This document shows, piece after piece, positions 35,676 through 44,586 of a DNA stretch of 64,000 nt. The notes below the pieces were generated by a model. That model was not told the origin of the DNA, made no database searches, and worked only from the letters and a program-made list of their open reading frames with translations. The first letter of the stretch is position 1. Each line of letters starts with the position of its first letter. The position numbers and the translations under genes were made by a program. Origin of the DNA: Dehalococcoidia bacterium UBA6627 (GTDB lineage: Bacteria > Chloroflexota > Dehalococcoidia > UBA2979); NCBI GenBank assembly GCA_002455955.1, contig DKLZ01000086.1, forward strand, positions 15,014-79,013, written 5' to 3'.

Positions 35676-36905
35676 ATGGACACGGGAACCACTGCTTGGT
35701 TACTCACAAGCTCGGCACTCGTATTGTTCATGACCCCGGGACTAGCGCTGTTCTACGGCGGTATGGTTCGAGGGAAGAACGTTCTTGCGATGTTCATGAA
35801 GAATTACATCGCTATGGGCGTAGTCACAATCACTTGGATCGCTATCGGTTGCTCGCTCGCCTTTAGCGGAAATGCCACGATTGGTGACTGGAGTGTCGTC
35901 GGTAACCTCGACCTTTGGGGTATACGTGACGTCGGACTAGGTAACGAAATCTTTGGGATCGATGCTCCTGATCTCACGTTCGTTTCGTTCCAGATGATGT
36001 TCGCAATTATCACACCGGCACTAATCGCAGGCGCTGTGGCCGAAAGGATCAAGTTCACAGCCTGGGTCGCGTTTATCGCTGTCTGGTCTATCGTCGTCTA
36101 TTCACCAATGGCCCACTGGGTCTGGGGTGGCGGGTTCATCGCAACGGAGGTACAGGCGCTCGACTTCGCTGGTGGGCTAGTCGTACACATCAATGCAGGA
36201 GCAGCAGCCCTCGCGTTGGTCATGGTTCTTGGCAAACGTGCCGGCTGGCGACGAGATGCAATACTTCCTCATGCGCCAGCGCTGACCCTGCTCGGCGCTG
36301 GAATCCTCTGGCTCGGATGGTTCGGTTTCAACGCAGGTTCAGCGCTCGCCGCTGACGGCCTTGCCGCGAACGCTTTCATCACCACTCAGATCGCTGCCGC
36401 AGTCGCTGCCACAACCTGGTGCGTAGTCGAAATCATGCGTAACGGTAAGCCAACCGCCATCGGTATCGCATCTGGAGCCGTTGCCGGTTTGGTCGCCATT
36501 ACGCCCGCAGCAGGCTTTGTATCGCCTCTGTCTGCCGTCGTTATCGGTGTCGCGGCAGGTGCGATCTGCTTCTATGCACTACAGCTCAAGTTTCAGTTCG
36601 ATTTCGATGATTCACTCGATGTTATCGCCGTTCACTTGGTAGGTGGAATCATTGGAGCTTTGCTTCTGGGACTTCTCGCGGAAGAGCGAATTGGCGATGT
36701 CGATGGCCTGTTCTTTGGTAATCCAGAACAGTTCCTCCGTCAAATCATCTCGGTTGTCATCGCAATCGTCTGGGCTTTCGGTATCTCCTACGTACTTGCC
36801 AAGATAATCGATGCAACCATCGGATTACGTGTGACAGAGGAAGAGGAAGAGCAAGGTCTCGATCTCTCGCTTCACGGAGAGAAAGGCTACATCCTCACAG
36901 ATTAA
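35676..36905 (+). CDS. amt: Ammonium transporter
   Basis: The ORF track starts at 35628. The ATG at 35676 is preceded by GGGGAGG. The Amt signatures TPGLALFYGGMVR, DFAGGLVVHINAG and GWFGFNAG are present. Confidence 0.9.
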   Translation: MDTGTTAWLLTSSALVLFMTPGLALFYGGMVRGKNVLAMFMKNYIAMGVVTITWIAIGCSLAFSGNATIGDWSVVGNLDLWGIRDVGLGNEIFGIDAPDLTFVSFQMMFAIITPALIAGAVAERIKFTAWVAFIAVWSIVVYSPMAHWVWGGGFIATEVQALDFAGGLVVHINAGAAALALVMVLGKRAGWRRDAILPHAPALTLLGAGILWLGWFGFNAGSALAADGLAANAFITTQIAAAVAATTWCVVEIMRNGKPTAIGIASGAVAGLVAITPAAGFVSPLSAVVIGVAAGAICFYALQLKFQFDFDDSLDVIAVHLVGGIIGALLLGLLAEERIGDVDGLFFGNPEQFLRQIISVVIAIVWAFGISYVLAKIIDATIGLRVTEEEEEQGLDLSLHGEKGYILTD

Positions 36906-36950
36906 GAGAACGGGAAACCAATCGAAGGATTGAACCCCGCGATATTGAAG

Positions 36951-36996
36951 CCTTGGTCTGACAGCACATGCTGTCAGACCAAGGCTTCTTGTTCTT
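36951..36996 (+). terminator. Rho-independent terminator downstream of amt
   Basis: Perfect 15-bp stem CCTTGGTCTGACAGC (36951-65) / GCTGTCAGACCAAGG (36970-84) with a 4-nt loop, followed by CTTCTTGTTCTT. Confidence 0.75.
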
Positions 36997-37182
36997 ATAA
37001 CCCACACGCGCTTCGCCAGCAGTCATTAAAACAATTCGAACGAGAGTATGCACGACCGCAAAATTCTTTTGAAAATAGATCACCTTAATAATCGAACATA
37101 ACTCGCGCACTGGTTAACATACCTACGCTAATTTTCCTAAAGGATAAAAGTGTGGGCCTCCCCACTAAAAAAGGGATAACAC

Positions 37183-38445
37183 ATGACTACAACAACAGAG
37201 CAAGAAATCTACGCCCTCGGTGAAACACCACCCCTTGGGTATGTGCCACCACGTATGCACGCTTCGTTGATACGCCCCGAAAGGTTCGGTGAGCCGAATC
37301 AAGCTTTCGCGATCGAAGAGGTCGATGTTCCTGCTGTCGGATCACGCCAAGTGCTGGTGTGGGTGATGGCCGCTGGCGTCAATTACAACAACGTCTGGGC
37401 TGCCCTTGGAACACCTGTCGATGTAATCGCTGCGCGCCAACGGAGAGGTGCCGAAGAAGAGTTCCACATAGGTGGATCGGATGCCTCTGGGATCGTTTGG
37501 GCAATTGGCGACGATGTCGACACCGTCAAGGTTGGTGACCGTGTCGTCCTTTCCTGTGGTATGTGGGACGAGAATGCTGCAGACATCGCGGCCGGTGCCG
37601 ATCCGATGACATCTAACACTGCGAAAATTTGGGGCTATGAAGAAAACTGGGGTTCGTTCGCTCAGTTCGCTCTCGTTAATCACTACCAAGTACATCCGAA
37701 ACCAGAAGCTCTCTCATGGGAAGCTGCGTCCGCGTACATGCTTGTCGGCGCGACTGCATATCGCCAGCTTATGGGTTGGCCTCCTCACATTGTGAACGAG
37801 GGGGACCCAGTCCTTATCTGGGGCGGATCTGGTGGACTCGGATCCATGGCAATCCAGATAGTTAAGGCCCGGGGCGGCATACCAATTGCAGTCGTTTCCA
37901 GCGAAGATAAATATGAGTTTTGCCGACAACTCGGTGCTGAAGGTGTCATTAACCGCAAAGATTTCGACCACTGGGGACGCCTCCCGAACGTTGACGACGC
38001 CGAAGCATTCGGAGAGTGGATGAAGGGAGCTCGGGCTTTCGGTGCTAAGTTCTGGGAAGAGCTGGGCGAACGTAAAGCACCGAAGATTGTCTTCGAGCAC
38101 CCTGGCGAAGCTACGCTGCCAACCTCCATCTTTCTCGTGGAAAACGACGGCATGGTGGTTATATGCGCTGGTACCAGTGGCTACAACGCCGACGTGGACC
38201 TACGTTATCTATGGATGCGCCAAAAGCGGTTCCAAGGATCACACTTTGCCAACTTTGAACAGTGCAGGGCATTCAATCAGATGATTATCGATGGCGAAGT
38301 AGACCCTGCCCTCTCACGTGCATTCCCTCTTGCAGAAGTAGGTGACGCCCATCAGCTCATGCATGAGAATGCTCATCCGCCCGGAAACATGTCGATTTTG
38401 GTAAACGCGACTGAAGAAGGTGAAACTGATATCGATCTGGGATAG
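37183..38445 (+). CDS. ccr: Crotonyl-CoA carboxylase/reductase-type enoyl-CoA reductase (MDR)
   Basis: 420-aa [48 protein letters not shown] and RFQGSHFAN match the Ccr/ECR family pattern as I recall it. Confidence 0.75.
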   Translation: MTTTTEQEIYALGETPPLGYVPPRMHASLIRPERFGEPNQAFAIEEVDVPAVGSRQVLVWVMAAGVNYNNVWAALGTPVDVIAARQRRGAEEEFHIGGSDASGIVWAIGDDVDTVKVGDRVVLSCGMWDENAADIAAGADPMTSNTAKIWGYEENWGSFAQFALVNHYQVHPKPEALSWEAASAYMLVGATAYRQLMGWPPHIVNEGDPVLIWGGSGGLGSMAIQIVKARGGIPIAVVSSEDKYEFCRQLGAEGVINRKDFDHWGRLPNVDDAEAFGEWMKGARAFGAKFWEELGERKAPKIVFEHPGEATLPTSIFLVENDGMVVICAGTSGYNADVDLRYLWMRQKRFQGSHFANFEQCRAFNQMIIDGEVDPALSRAFPLAEVGDAHQLMHENAHPPGNMSILVNATEEGETDIDLG

Positions 38446-38652
38446 AGGGCACTTTTCCCTACATCCATTCACACGTGCTTGATACAGCCAAATGCTCAAT
38501 CATGATGCCAATGGCACTTTGGGGACTCTCGTAACCAAGGGTGGTTAGAGAATTCCCAACACTTTCAAGCACGTCCGATGCGATCATCAGAAATCAAGAA
38601 CACTCCGCATCAAATTGGACTACCCGTACAACGGCACGCGGTAGCGTAGCTA

Positions 38653-39825
38653 TCACTGATAAATGATGTAATCCGGGTCGATCTCAACAACTTCTTGGAT
38701 ACTCATTACAGGTGCATCCCAATCATAGAATAGCTTGAACCCCGATCCCTCAGCGTATGCCGACTGCGCAAAGCGCCGAAAACCAGCGACCTTCGCTGCA
38801 GTTCCTCCAAAGCCATCCATATCAATAATGATCTCAACTTCTGCTACGTCATTAAATCGCTCAGGCTCAATCAACATACTTTTTCGAAATTGATGAAGCA
38901 CAAGAATCTTTGGTGGAATACTAAATTCTTCGACTATCTTGCTAAGGAACTTCTGAACCGCGTTTATCTCATCTGCATCTAATGCACCGATTACTAACCC
39001 CGGAGCATAACCAAAACGCGCTGTTGCAAACTCTGGATCGAGAGCGAGATGAACAAACGGTTCCTGCAAAAAACGTTCAAGACGCTCAGTGTCTCGAAGT
39101 GCGTCGGACCACCCGATTTGTAAATCTAAAAATAGTAAAATTCCTGCCTCACGAGCTACCTCGACATATTCCGCGATCCGCTGCTCTTCCATCTGATCGA
39201 GATAAAGTCCATTTGCCTTTGGTTTTGCCTGAGCGACGTCGACGATCAAGTGCAAAGCGCCGATCGCATCACGAACACCATTCAATGCATCATATTCAGC
39301 TGCTAGTGCACGAATCCGTCGAGCTGCTTCTGACGCCTCGTAACGACCAAGTTCACCCATCCGAGCGACTTCAGGATGGCCGTAGAACGAAACCACCTGA
39401 TGATCCTCAAGAAAACTCCCCGGTGGCGGTTCTAGTTCAACTAGCGTTGGGCCTACTGACACCGGTTGAAAGACAATAGGTTGAAAGACAATAGGTTCCG
39501 ATAATGCCTGCGGGACTTTACTTTCACTTAGTTCAACTGCTACCGGGCTAGTAATCGCAGTGACCACTTGTCTAGTGTCTATCTGTTCCGATAAGTCGCT
39601 GTCGATCGGTCCCGGTTGCCGATCGGGGCTAGTAATCGCAGTGACCACTTGTCTAGTGTCTATCTGTTCCGGTAAGTCACTGTCGATCGGTCCCGGTTGC
39701 CGATCGGGGTTAGTAATCATCTCCGGTGTTAACGTGAACCTCGCTTTAGCAGCTATCGGTGAACCCGCGAACAACGCGAATCCAGTAATCATCAGTATCG
39801 TGGCGAGATAAAATAACTGTCGCAC
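38653..39825 (-). CDS. Hypothetical secreted/anchored protein with N-terminal tandem repeats and an unassigned C-terminal domain
   Basis: 390-aa ORF with a GTG start and a signal/anchor sequence (LFYLATILMITGFALFAGSPIAA). It has two copies of a 27-aa repeat and a PIVFQ duplication. The ~250-aa C-terminal domain (FYGHPEVARMGELG...LDPEF...VLHQF) is not confidently recognised. Confidence 0.6.
   Translation of the reverse strand: MRQLFYLATILMITGFALFAGSPIAAKARFTLTPEMITNPDRQPGPIDSDLPEQIDTRQVVTAITSPDRQPGPIDSDLSEQIDTRQVVTAITSPVAVELSESKVPQALSEPIVFQPIVFQPVSVGPTLVELEPPPGSFLEDHQVVSFYGHPEVARMGELGRYEASEAARRIRALAAEYDALNGVRDAIGALHLIVDVAQAKPKANGLYLDQMEEQRIAEYVEVAREAGILLFLDLQIGWSDALRDTERLERFLQEPFVHLALDPEFATARFGYAPGLVIGALDADEINAVQKFLSKIVEEFSIPPKILVLHQFRKSMLIEPERFNDVAEVEIIIDMDGFGGTAAKVAGFRRFAQSAYAEGSGFKLFYDWDAPVMSIQEVVEIDPDYIIYQ
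39464..39493. repeat. 15-bp tandem duplication GGTTGAAAGACAATA x2 (encodes PIVFQPIVFQ)
   Basis: Exact copies at 39464-78 and 39479-93, followed by a partial GGTT. Confidence 0.9.
39545..39718. repeat. 81-bp tandem repeat, 2 full copies plus a ~12-bp partial third
   Basis: Copy 1 (39546-39626) and copy 2 (39627-39707) differ at 2 positions by my count. The repeat is in frame (27 aa: SPDRQPGPIDSDL[S/P]EQIDTRQVVTAIT). Confidence 0.9.
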
Positions 39826-39960
39826 AAAGATGTACCTGTACCAGTAACCGCCTCAGACTAACGCTAATCAAAAGGTACAAAGACTCATGCGCGTAAGCAA
39901 ATAACTATTTCTTACAATCAACTAGCCGACATATTCTAATACTCGAAAATTCTATAGAGG

Positions 39961-40863
39961 TCACTTAGCAGTAACGGTCACACCCGTCAGCGCCTCGAGC
40001 GCGTTCACCAGTGCCTGTGTCCCTACATCCGAACCTGATTCATGTTCCACAGCTGCGAACAGTTGATGGACCATAGCTGTGCCAGCCAAGGAAAGATGCA
40101 ACTGATCTGCTGCTTCCAGAGCGAGTCGAAGATCTTTCTGCTGTAATCCCACCTTAAATCCGGGTGCGAAGTCACGTTCCACGATACGCTCACCCAGGTT
40201 CGAGATCTGCCAGGAACCCGCAGCACCCGCGCTTATCGCCTCAAGCATCGTTAGTGGATTAACACCGTTAGCCTGACAAAACACCAATGCCTCGGCCATC
40301 GCCAAATTGTTAATAGCGACCGCGATCTGGTTACAGAGTTTGACAATCTGACCAGCTCCACTCGGACCACAATGAGTAATCCTCGATCCTAATACCTCGA
40401 AAATAGGACGCACTCTCTCAAGTGACGCCACTTCGCCACCCACCATGATCGACAATGTGCCATCAATTGCTCCTTGTTCACCTCCAGAAATGGGAGCATC
40501 AAGAAGCTGCACATCGCATTCGGCTAATCTTCTGGAAATTTCACGAGTTACCGCAGGAGATATAGTCGACATGTCGACCACAACGCTGCCCGCTTGAACT
40601 CCATCGATAGCACCAGGCACACCTTCTACTCCCAGAAGCACAGTTTCGACATCAGCACTCGCAGTCACACAAGAAATGATGATGTCACTGCGTGCAGCGA
40701 CATCCGCTGGCGATTGTCCGATACCAGCACCTTGTTTGGCTGCTGTTTCACATTTCTCCGATGATCTATTCCAAACAGTTACCTCAAATCCTGACTGCAA
40801 CAGGTTCCGTACCATTGGGGCGCCCATGATCCCGAGGCCGATAAAACCGACGGAGTCAGTCAC
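39961..40863 (-). CDS. NAD(P)-dependent 3-hydroxyisobutyrate / 2-hydroxy-3-oxopropionate reductase-family dehydrogenase
   Basis: 300-aa ORF with VGFIGLGIMGAPMVRNLL (Rossmann motif) and GPSGAGQIVKLCNQ. Confidence 0.85.
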   Translation of the reverse strand: MTDSVGFIGLGIMGAPMVRNLLQSGFEVTVWNRSSEKCETAAKQGAGIGQSPADVAARSDIIISCVTASADVETVLLGVEGVPGAIDGVQAGSVVVDMSTISPAVTREISRRLAECDVQLLDAPISGGEQGAIDGTLSIMVGGEVASLERVRPIFEVLGSRITHCGPSGAGQIVKLCNQIAVAINNLAMAEALVFCQANGVNPLTMLEAISAGAAGSWQISNLGERIVERDFAPGFKVGLQQKDLRLALEAADQLHLSLAGTAMVHQLFAAVEHESGSDVGTQALVNALEALTGVTVTAK

Positions 40864-40928
40864 ATTATGTCTCCTTGATGCAGTCTTGAATTCGTCACGC
40901 GTTAGTCTGTCAGGTTCTTTGTCCTGAA

Positions 40929-41570
40929 TTAGTCACGGGGGTAATGCGCACCCCAGCTATCCCAATGAGTTACTTCCTCAACAGGTACACGCTTCGGTTC
41001 CGCCCATCGTCCACGAGATGGATAGCCTAGTGGAATAAGACCCATTGTGCTGGCGTCGTCTGGCAGTCTAAGCAGCCTCTTCACATCTTCTTCGTGCGCC
41101 GCGTAAAGCGAGGTCAAAGTAGCACCAATCCCATACGCTCGAGCTGCGAGCATTAGATTCTGAACCGCGCCATACACCGAAGACCCGGTCATAAGGCTCC
41201 TATGTACGTTGCGTTGGACGGGAATCACCCAAACTGGCGCTTCATGTAGGTGATTAGCTAGGTGCTCGGCTGACAGAAAATTACGTTTCCCAAGTCCCGT
41301 ATCCTCAGTATCAGCAATCACTTCCTCACGACGACGACCGTATGCTTGTTCCCAACCCTCGAGATACCATTCCTGTATCTGCCTTTTAATCTCAAGGTTT
41401 TTCACTACCACCCATCCCCAACCTTGCCTATTGCCCCCTGTCGGACCGCGAATCGCAGCGTCGAGAAGTTCCCAAAGCACGCCGTCAGGAATTGGATCAG
41501 GCTTCAGGTAGCGACGGGCCGGCGTGGAATGAATCGCGGCCAGCACATCAAGTTGTTCACGAGAATCCAT
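40929..41570 (-). CDS. Nitroreductase-family protein
   Basis: 213-aa ORF. HSTPARRYLKPDPIP and PTGGNRQGWGWVVV are typical of the nitroreductase fold. Confidence 0.75.
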   Translation of the reverse strand: MDSREQLDVLAAIHSTPARRYLKPDPIPDGVLWELLDAAIRGPTGGNRQGWGWVVVKNLEIKRQIQEWYLEGWEQAYGRRREEVIADTEDTGLGKRNFLSAEHLANHLHEAPVWVIPVQRNVHRSLMTGSSVYGAVQNLMLAARAYGIGATLTSLYAAHEEDVKRLLRLPDDASTMGLIPLGYPSRGRWAEPKRVPVEEVTHWDSWGAHYPRD

Positions 41571-41644
41571 TCAGTTCACCTTCCTCAAATGGCTTCGAAG
41601 AAAAGAGTGGTCGTTAGACTCATGACTCACTTCACTCTGACGTA

Positions 41645-42802
41645 CTAATCATTCCCCAGGATTAACGTCGAGGTACCAGAGAACATACCGGCTGGCGCAT
41701 GCACCATACTCGTGTGCAAATCTTCGATTTGCCGCGCTCCAGCTTCACCGCGCAACTGAGTCACCGACTCCATAATTGCAAACATTCCGTACATGCCAGT
41801 ATGCGTGTACGACAAACCACCGCCATTCGTATTCATCGGGAAATCGCCACCTGGTGCAGTGTGGCCTTCAGCAAAATACGGTCCACCTTCACCTGGTTTG
41901 ACAAATCCCAATGCCTCGAGTGCATACATCGGCACGTGCGTAAATGCGTCGTAAAACATTGCATGCTGGATATCTTGATGAGTCATCCCAGCCATCTCAA
42001 ATGCGTCTTTCCCAGTTTGAACAGCCGCGGTCCATTCGGTCATGTCGCGCATCTGGCTGATCAGAGTGTGCGCTGCCGCTTCACCACGTCCAAGCACCCA
42101 TACCGGATCCTTAGGGAAGTCTTTTGCGCGTTCTTCACCGACGAGTACTAGTGCACCACCTCCATCAGTAACTAAGCAGCAGTTCAGCAAGTGCAACGGC
42201 CATGCAATCAAGCGTGAGTTCAACACATCATCGACCGTAATCGGGTCACGCATCATCGCTCTAGGGTTCAATTCGGCCCATTTCCTAGTAGCAACAGCAA
42301 TTTCAGCCATCTGTTCTTCGGTCGTTCCGTATTCGTGCATATGCCGAACGATCGGAACTGAAAACATACTGGGCGGACCCCATGTTCCGTAAGGGGTTTC
42401 AAACTGACCTGCAATCGTGGAAGGAGCAGCACCACGACCACCCACACCCACGCCAGAACGTCCTGATTCACCGTGAGTCACGAGTACGACATCGCAATAT
42501 CCAGCTTGGATAGCGGCAACAGCGTGACCGACATGCATAAGGAATGATCCGCCACCAACTGCCGTTCCATCAATCCATCGAGGAATGATGTTGAGGTACT
42601 CCGTAAGTTGCGCCGGAGTTGGGCCCGCAGTAGCAACCCCATCAACATCGTCAATGGTGAGCCCAGCGTCTGCCAACGCGAGAATAGCGGACTCTGCATG
42701 CAGTTGAAGCATCGAGCGATCGGGAAGCTTTCCGACGGTCTCTGTCTCGGAAGCCCCTACGATGGCAACTTTATGACTGTATTCCTGAGAGTTACGGCTC
42801 AT
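41645..42802 (-). CDS. Thiolase-like protein (SCP-x / lipid-transfer-protein type)
   Basis: 385-aa ORF with a thiolase-fold N-terminus (VAIVGASET) and the C-terminal NTNGGGLSYTH motif. It is paired with a DUF35 gene upstream. Confidence 0.85.
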   Translation of the reverse strand: MSRNSQEYSHKVAIVGASETETVGKLPDRSMLQLHAESAILALADAGLTIDDVDGVATAGPTPAQLTEYLNIIPRWIDGTAVGGGSFLMHVGHAVAAIQAGYCDVVLVTHGESGRSGVGVGGRGAAPSTIAGQFETPYGTWGPPSMFSVPIVRHMHEYGTTEEQMAEIAVATRKWAELNPRAMMRDPITVDDVLNSRLIAWPLHLLNCCLVTDGGGALVLVGEERAKDFPKDPVWVLGRGEAAAHTLISQMRDMTEWTAAVQTGKDAFEMAGMTHQDIQHAMFYDAFTHVPMYALEALGFVKPGEGGPYFAEGHTAPGGDFPMNTNGGGLSYTHTGMYGMFAIMESVTQLRGEAGARQIEDLHTSMVHAPAGMFSGTSTLILGND

Positions 42803-42816
42803 AGTGCATCCTCCAC

Positions 42817-43233
42817 CTAACTAACCGGCTGGAATTTGGGTAGCGTTACCTCGTCGGTAACGTCGTCATAAAAAATTTCGAGAGGTAAATCAGCAGGAAG
42901 CTGCTTTGGATCTGGTTCAACCCCCACGAGGTTAGTCAACATACGCGGCCCTTCATCGAGCTCGACCACAGCAATCACGTAAGGTGCATCATCAGCCCAT
43001 GGACCAAAGCCCCGTTCCGATATCACGTAAGTATGCAACTTCCCTTTTCCAGACACTGTCTCCCATTCAACGTTCAATGATCGACAACCTTCAGCCGGAC
43101 AAAACGGCCGAGGGAAAAAGTAAAATTGATCGCAATCTTGACAGCGTTGAATACGCAGCTCGTGACGTTTTAATCCATCCCAGAACTCCTGCGTCTCAGG
43201 CGTCGGTTGGGGAAGTGCCTTCTCGTAGGCCAT
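42817..43233 (-). CDS. DUF35 Zn-ribbon/OB-fold protein (thiolase partner)
   Basis: The rubredoxin-like motif is CQDCDQFYFFPRPFCP. The ORF track extends to 43305, but Met25 (43233) is preceded by GGAGG. Confidence 0.8.
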   Translation of the reverse strand: MAYEKALPQPTPETQEFWDGLKRHELRIQRCQDCDQFYFFPRPFCPAEGCRSLNVEWETVSGKGKLHTYVISERGFGPWADDAPYVIAVVELDEGPRMLTNLVGVEPDPKQLPADLPLEIFYDDVTDEVTLPKFQPVS

Positions 43234-43441
43234 ATAACCTCCGATCAAATCGCTCGTTGTGAATCTACTATAGACAGCGCGCATACTAGCACCGACAAAG
43301 CTCACAAAACGAAATTAGTCGACTAAAGACCACTACGCGATCCTTGACCTTCAGAGATAGAACTCAAAATACGCCGAAAATATCGGCCGCCAATTCTGCT
43401 GCTGAACTAGTGAGTCATAAACATGTCGTGCGATATCTCTG

Positions 43442-43618
43442 TTATCGAATCGCGACAATTGCAATAGTGCCTACAATCGAAATGAGCGCAAGTATCGACA
43501 GTAAGTACGATACAACTGGCCACCAGGCACGTCTCGGCGGCTCCCAAGGGCCATAGCCAGCTTCCTCGGTGAGGTCGTGATCAAGATCACCCTCGGTCGA
43601 CTCGAACCAATCACTCAT
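43442..43618 (-). CDS. Possible 58-aa tail-anchored small membrane protein (below the ORF-track cutoff)
   Basis: My own translation is MSDWFESTEGDLDHDLTEEAGYGPWEPPRRAWWPVVSYLLSILALISIVGTIAIVAIR. It has an acidic N-terminus and one C-terminal TM helix, and starts 10 nt after the stop of the upstream hotdog gene. There is no strong SD. Confidence 0.35.
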   Translation of the reverse strand: MSDWFESTEGDLDHDLTEEAGYGPWEPPRRAWWPVVSYLLSILALISIVGTIAIVAIR

Positions 43619-43627
43619 AACGGTTAC

Positions 43628-44077
43628 TCACTTTGTGACGACTGACTTAGAAGGTCGTCGTCCTAACGAGCAGGTGACACGCACCTTCGCGTTTAGGCGT
43701 CCAGAATCCTCATCTTCATCACCCACCAAAATTTCAACATCGACAACTGTCAACCGGCCTTGACGAAGCACCTTTGCATCAATCAGCGTGGTCGTCGCTC
43801 GCACCGAATATAAATACGAAATACTCAGGTCCTGTGTGAACTCGATCTGGTCACCTTGTTCAAGCAGTGTGCTGGTTGCTAGGTGTGCGGCAATCTCAGC
43901 CACCGCAGCCTGTACGCCGCCATTAATCGAATTACGAACGCCAGCAACGTTCGTCGTATTACGCGTCAGCGTTAGCAACGCTCTACCTGGACTGAGTTCG
44001 GTTACTGAAACATCAAGTTCAACAAGGAGGGGATGAGACTTCCAGTCACGAATCAATTCTATGAACTGTGTATTCAC
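43628..44077 (-). CDS. PaaI/4HBT-type hotdog thioesterase
   Basis: 149-aa ORF. VRNSINGGVQAAVAE matches the PaaI-family core. Its GTG start overlaps the upstream stop (GTGA). Confidence 0.7.
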   Translation of the reverse strand: MNTQFIELIRDWKSHPLLVELDVSVTELSPGRALLTLTRNTTNVAGVRNSINGGVQAAVAEIAAHLATSTLLEQGDQIEFTQDLSISYLYSVRATTTLIDAKVLRQGRLTVVDVEILVGDEDEDSGRLNAKVRVTCSLGRRPSKSVVTK

Positions 44078-44448
44078 TGATGCCTCGTCCGCTGGACAGT
44101 CATGGCGTATGTGCCACGTCCACGAGCTAAAACACCATCCGCATCGCTTACCGTGAAATCCACCAGTCGTACTGTGTCTGACTGCGCCGTTACTTCACAA
44201 TCCACATGCGCAGTACCAATCGGCTGACGCAAGTAAGTTACGTTAAGTTCAGCTGTACCATTCATCTCCTGTGGAGGTTGAACAGTAGTTGATACAGCTC
44301 GCACAAGTGTGATGTCAACGGCCGCTGTTAATGAAAATGTTTTCGGAGCAACCTGCCCAGGCAGAGCTCTCACATCGCACTGAGCACGACCATTGGATTC
44401 CCGACTAGCTTCAATCCTGAATAAGCTATCAAGCTTGGGCGTAGACAA
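44074..44448 (-). CDS. Hotdog-fold thioesterase-like protein
   Basis: 124-aa ORF of the size and pattern of a 4HBT/PaaI-like hotdog protein. It is translationally coupled to 43628-44077. Confidence 0.55.
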   Translation of the reverse strand: MSTPKLDSLFRIEASRESNGRAQCDVRALPGQVAPKTFSLTAAVDITLVRAVSTTVQPPQEMNGTAELNVTYLRQPIGTAHVDCEVTAQSDTVRLVDFTVSDADGVLARGRGTYAMTVQRTRHQ

Positions 44449-44586
44449 TGTCGACCTCTTACCGTTCTCTCACCCTGATCGAATAAACCTTTCCAAAATC
44501 AAACTGATATACAAATCGCAACCTAGCTTACAGACGGTCCTCGCAGCAGTCGCTATCCTCGAACAAGAGGCTTGCCCGAATAGACC

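Noticed and set aside
38473-38574. 10-bp inverted repeat ACGTGCTTGA / TCAAGCACGT separated by 82 nt between convergent ccr and the secreted-protein gene
   Set aside because: The arms are short relative to the long spacer, there is no U-tract, and a few such matches are expected by chance in 64 kb.
43344-43556. 70-aa plus-strand ORF in the gap upstream of the DUF35 gene
   Set aside because: It has no SD and an odd composition. It overlaps, in antisense, the better-placed 58-aa minus-strand ORF.
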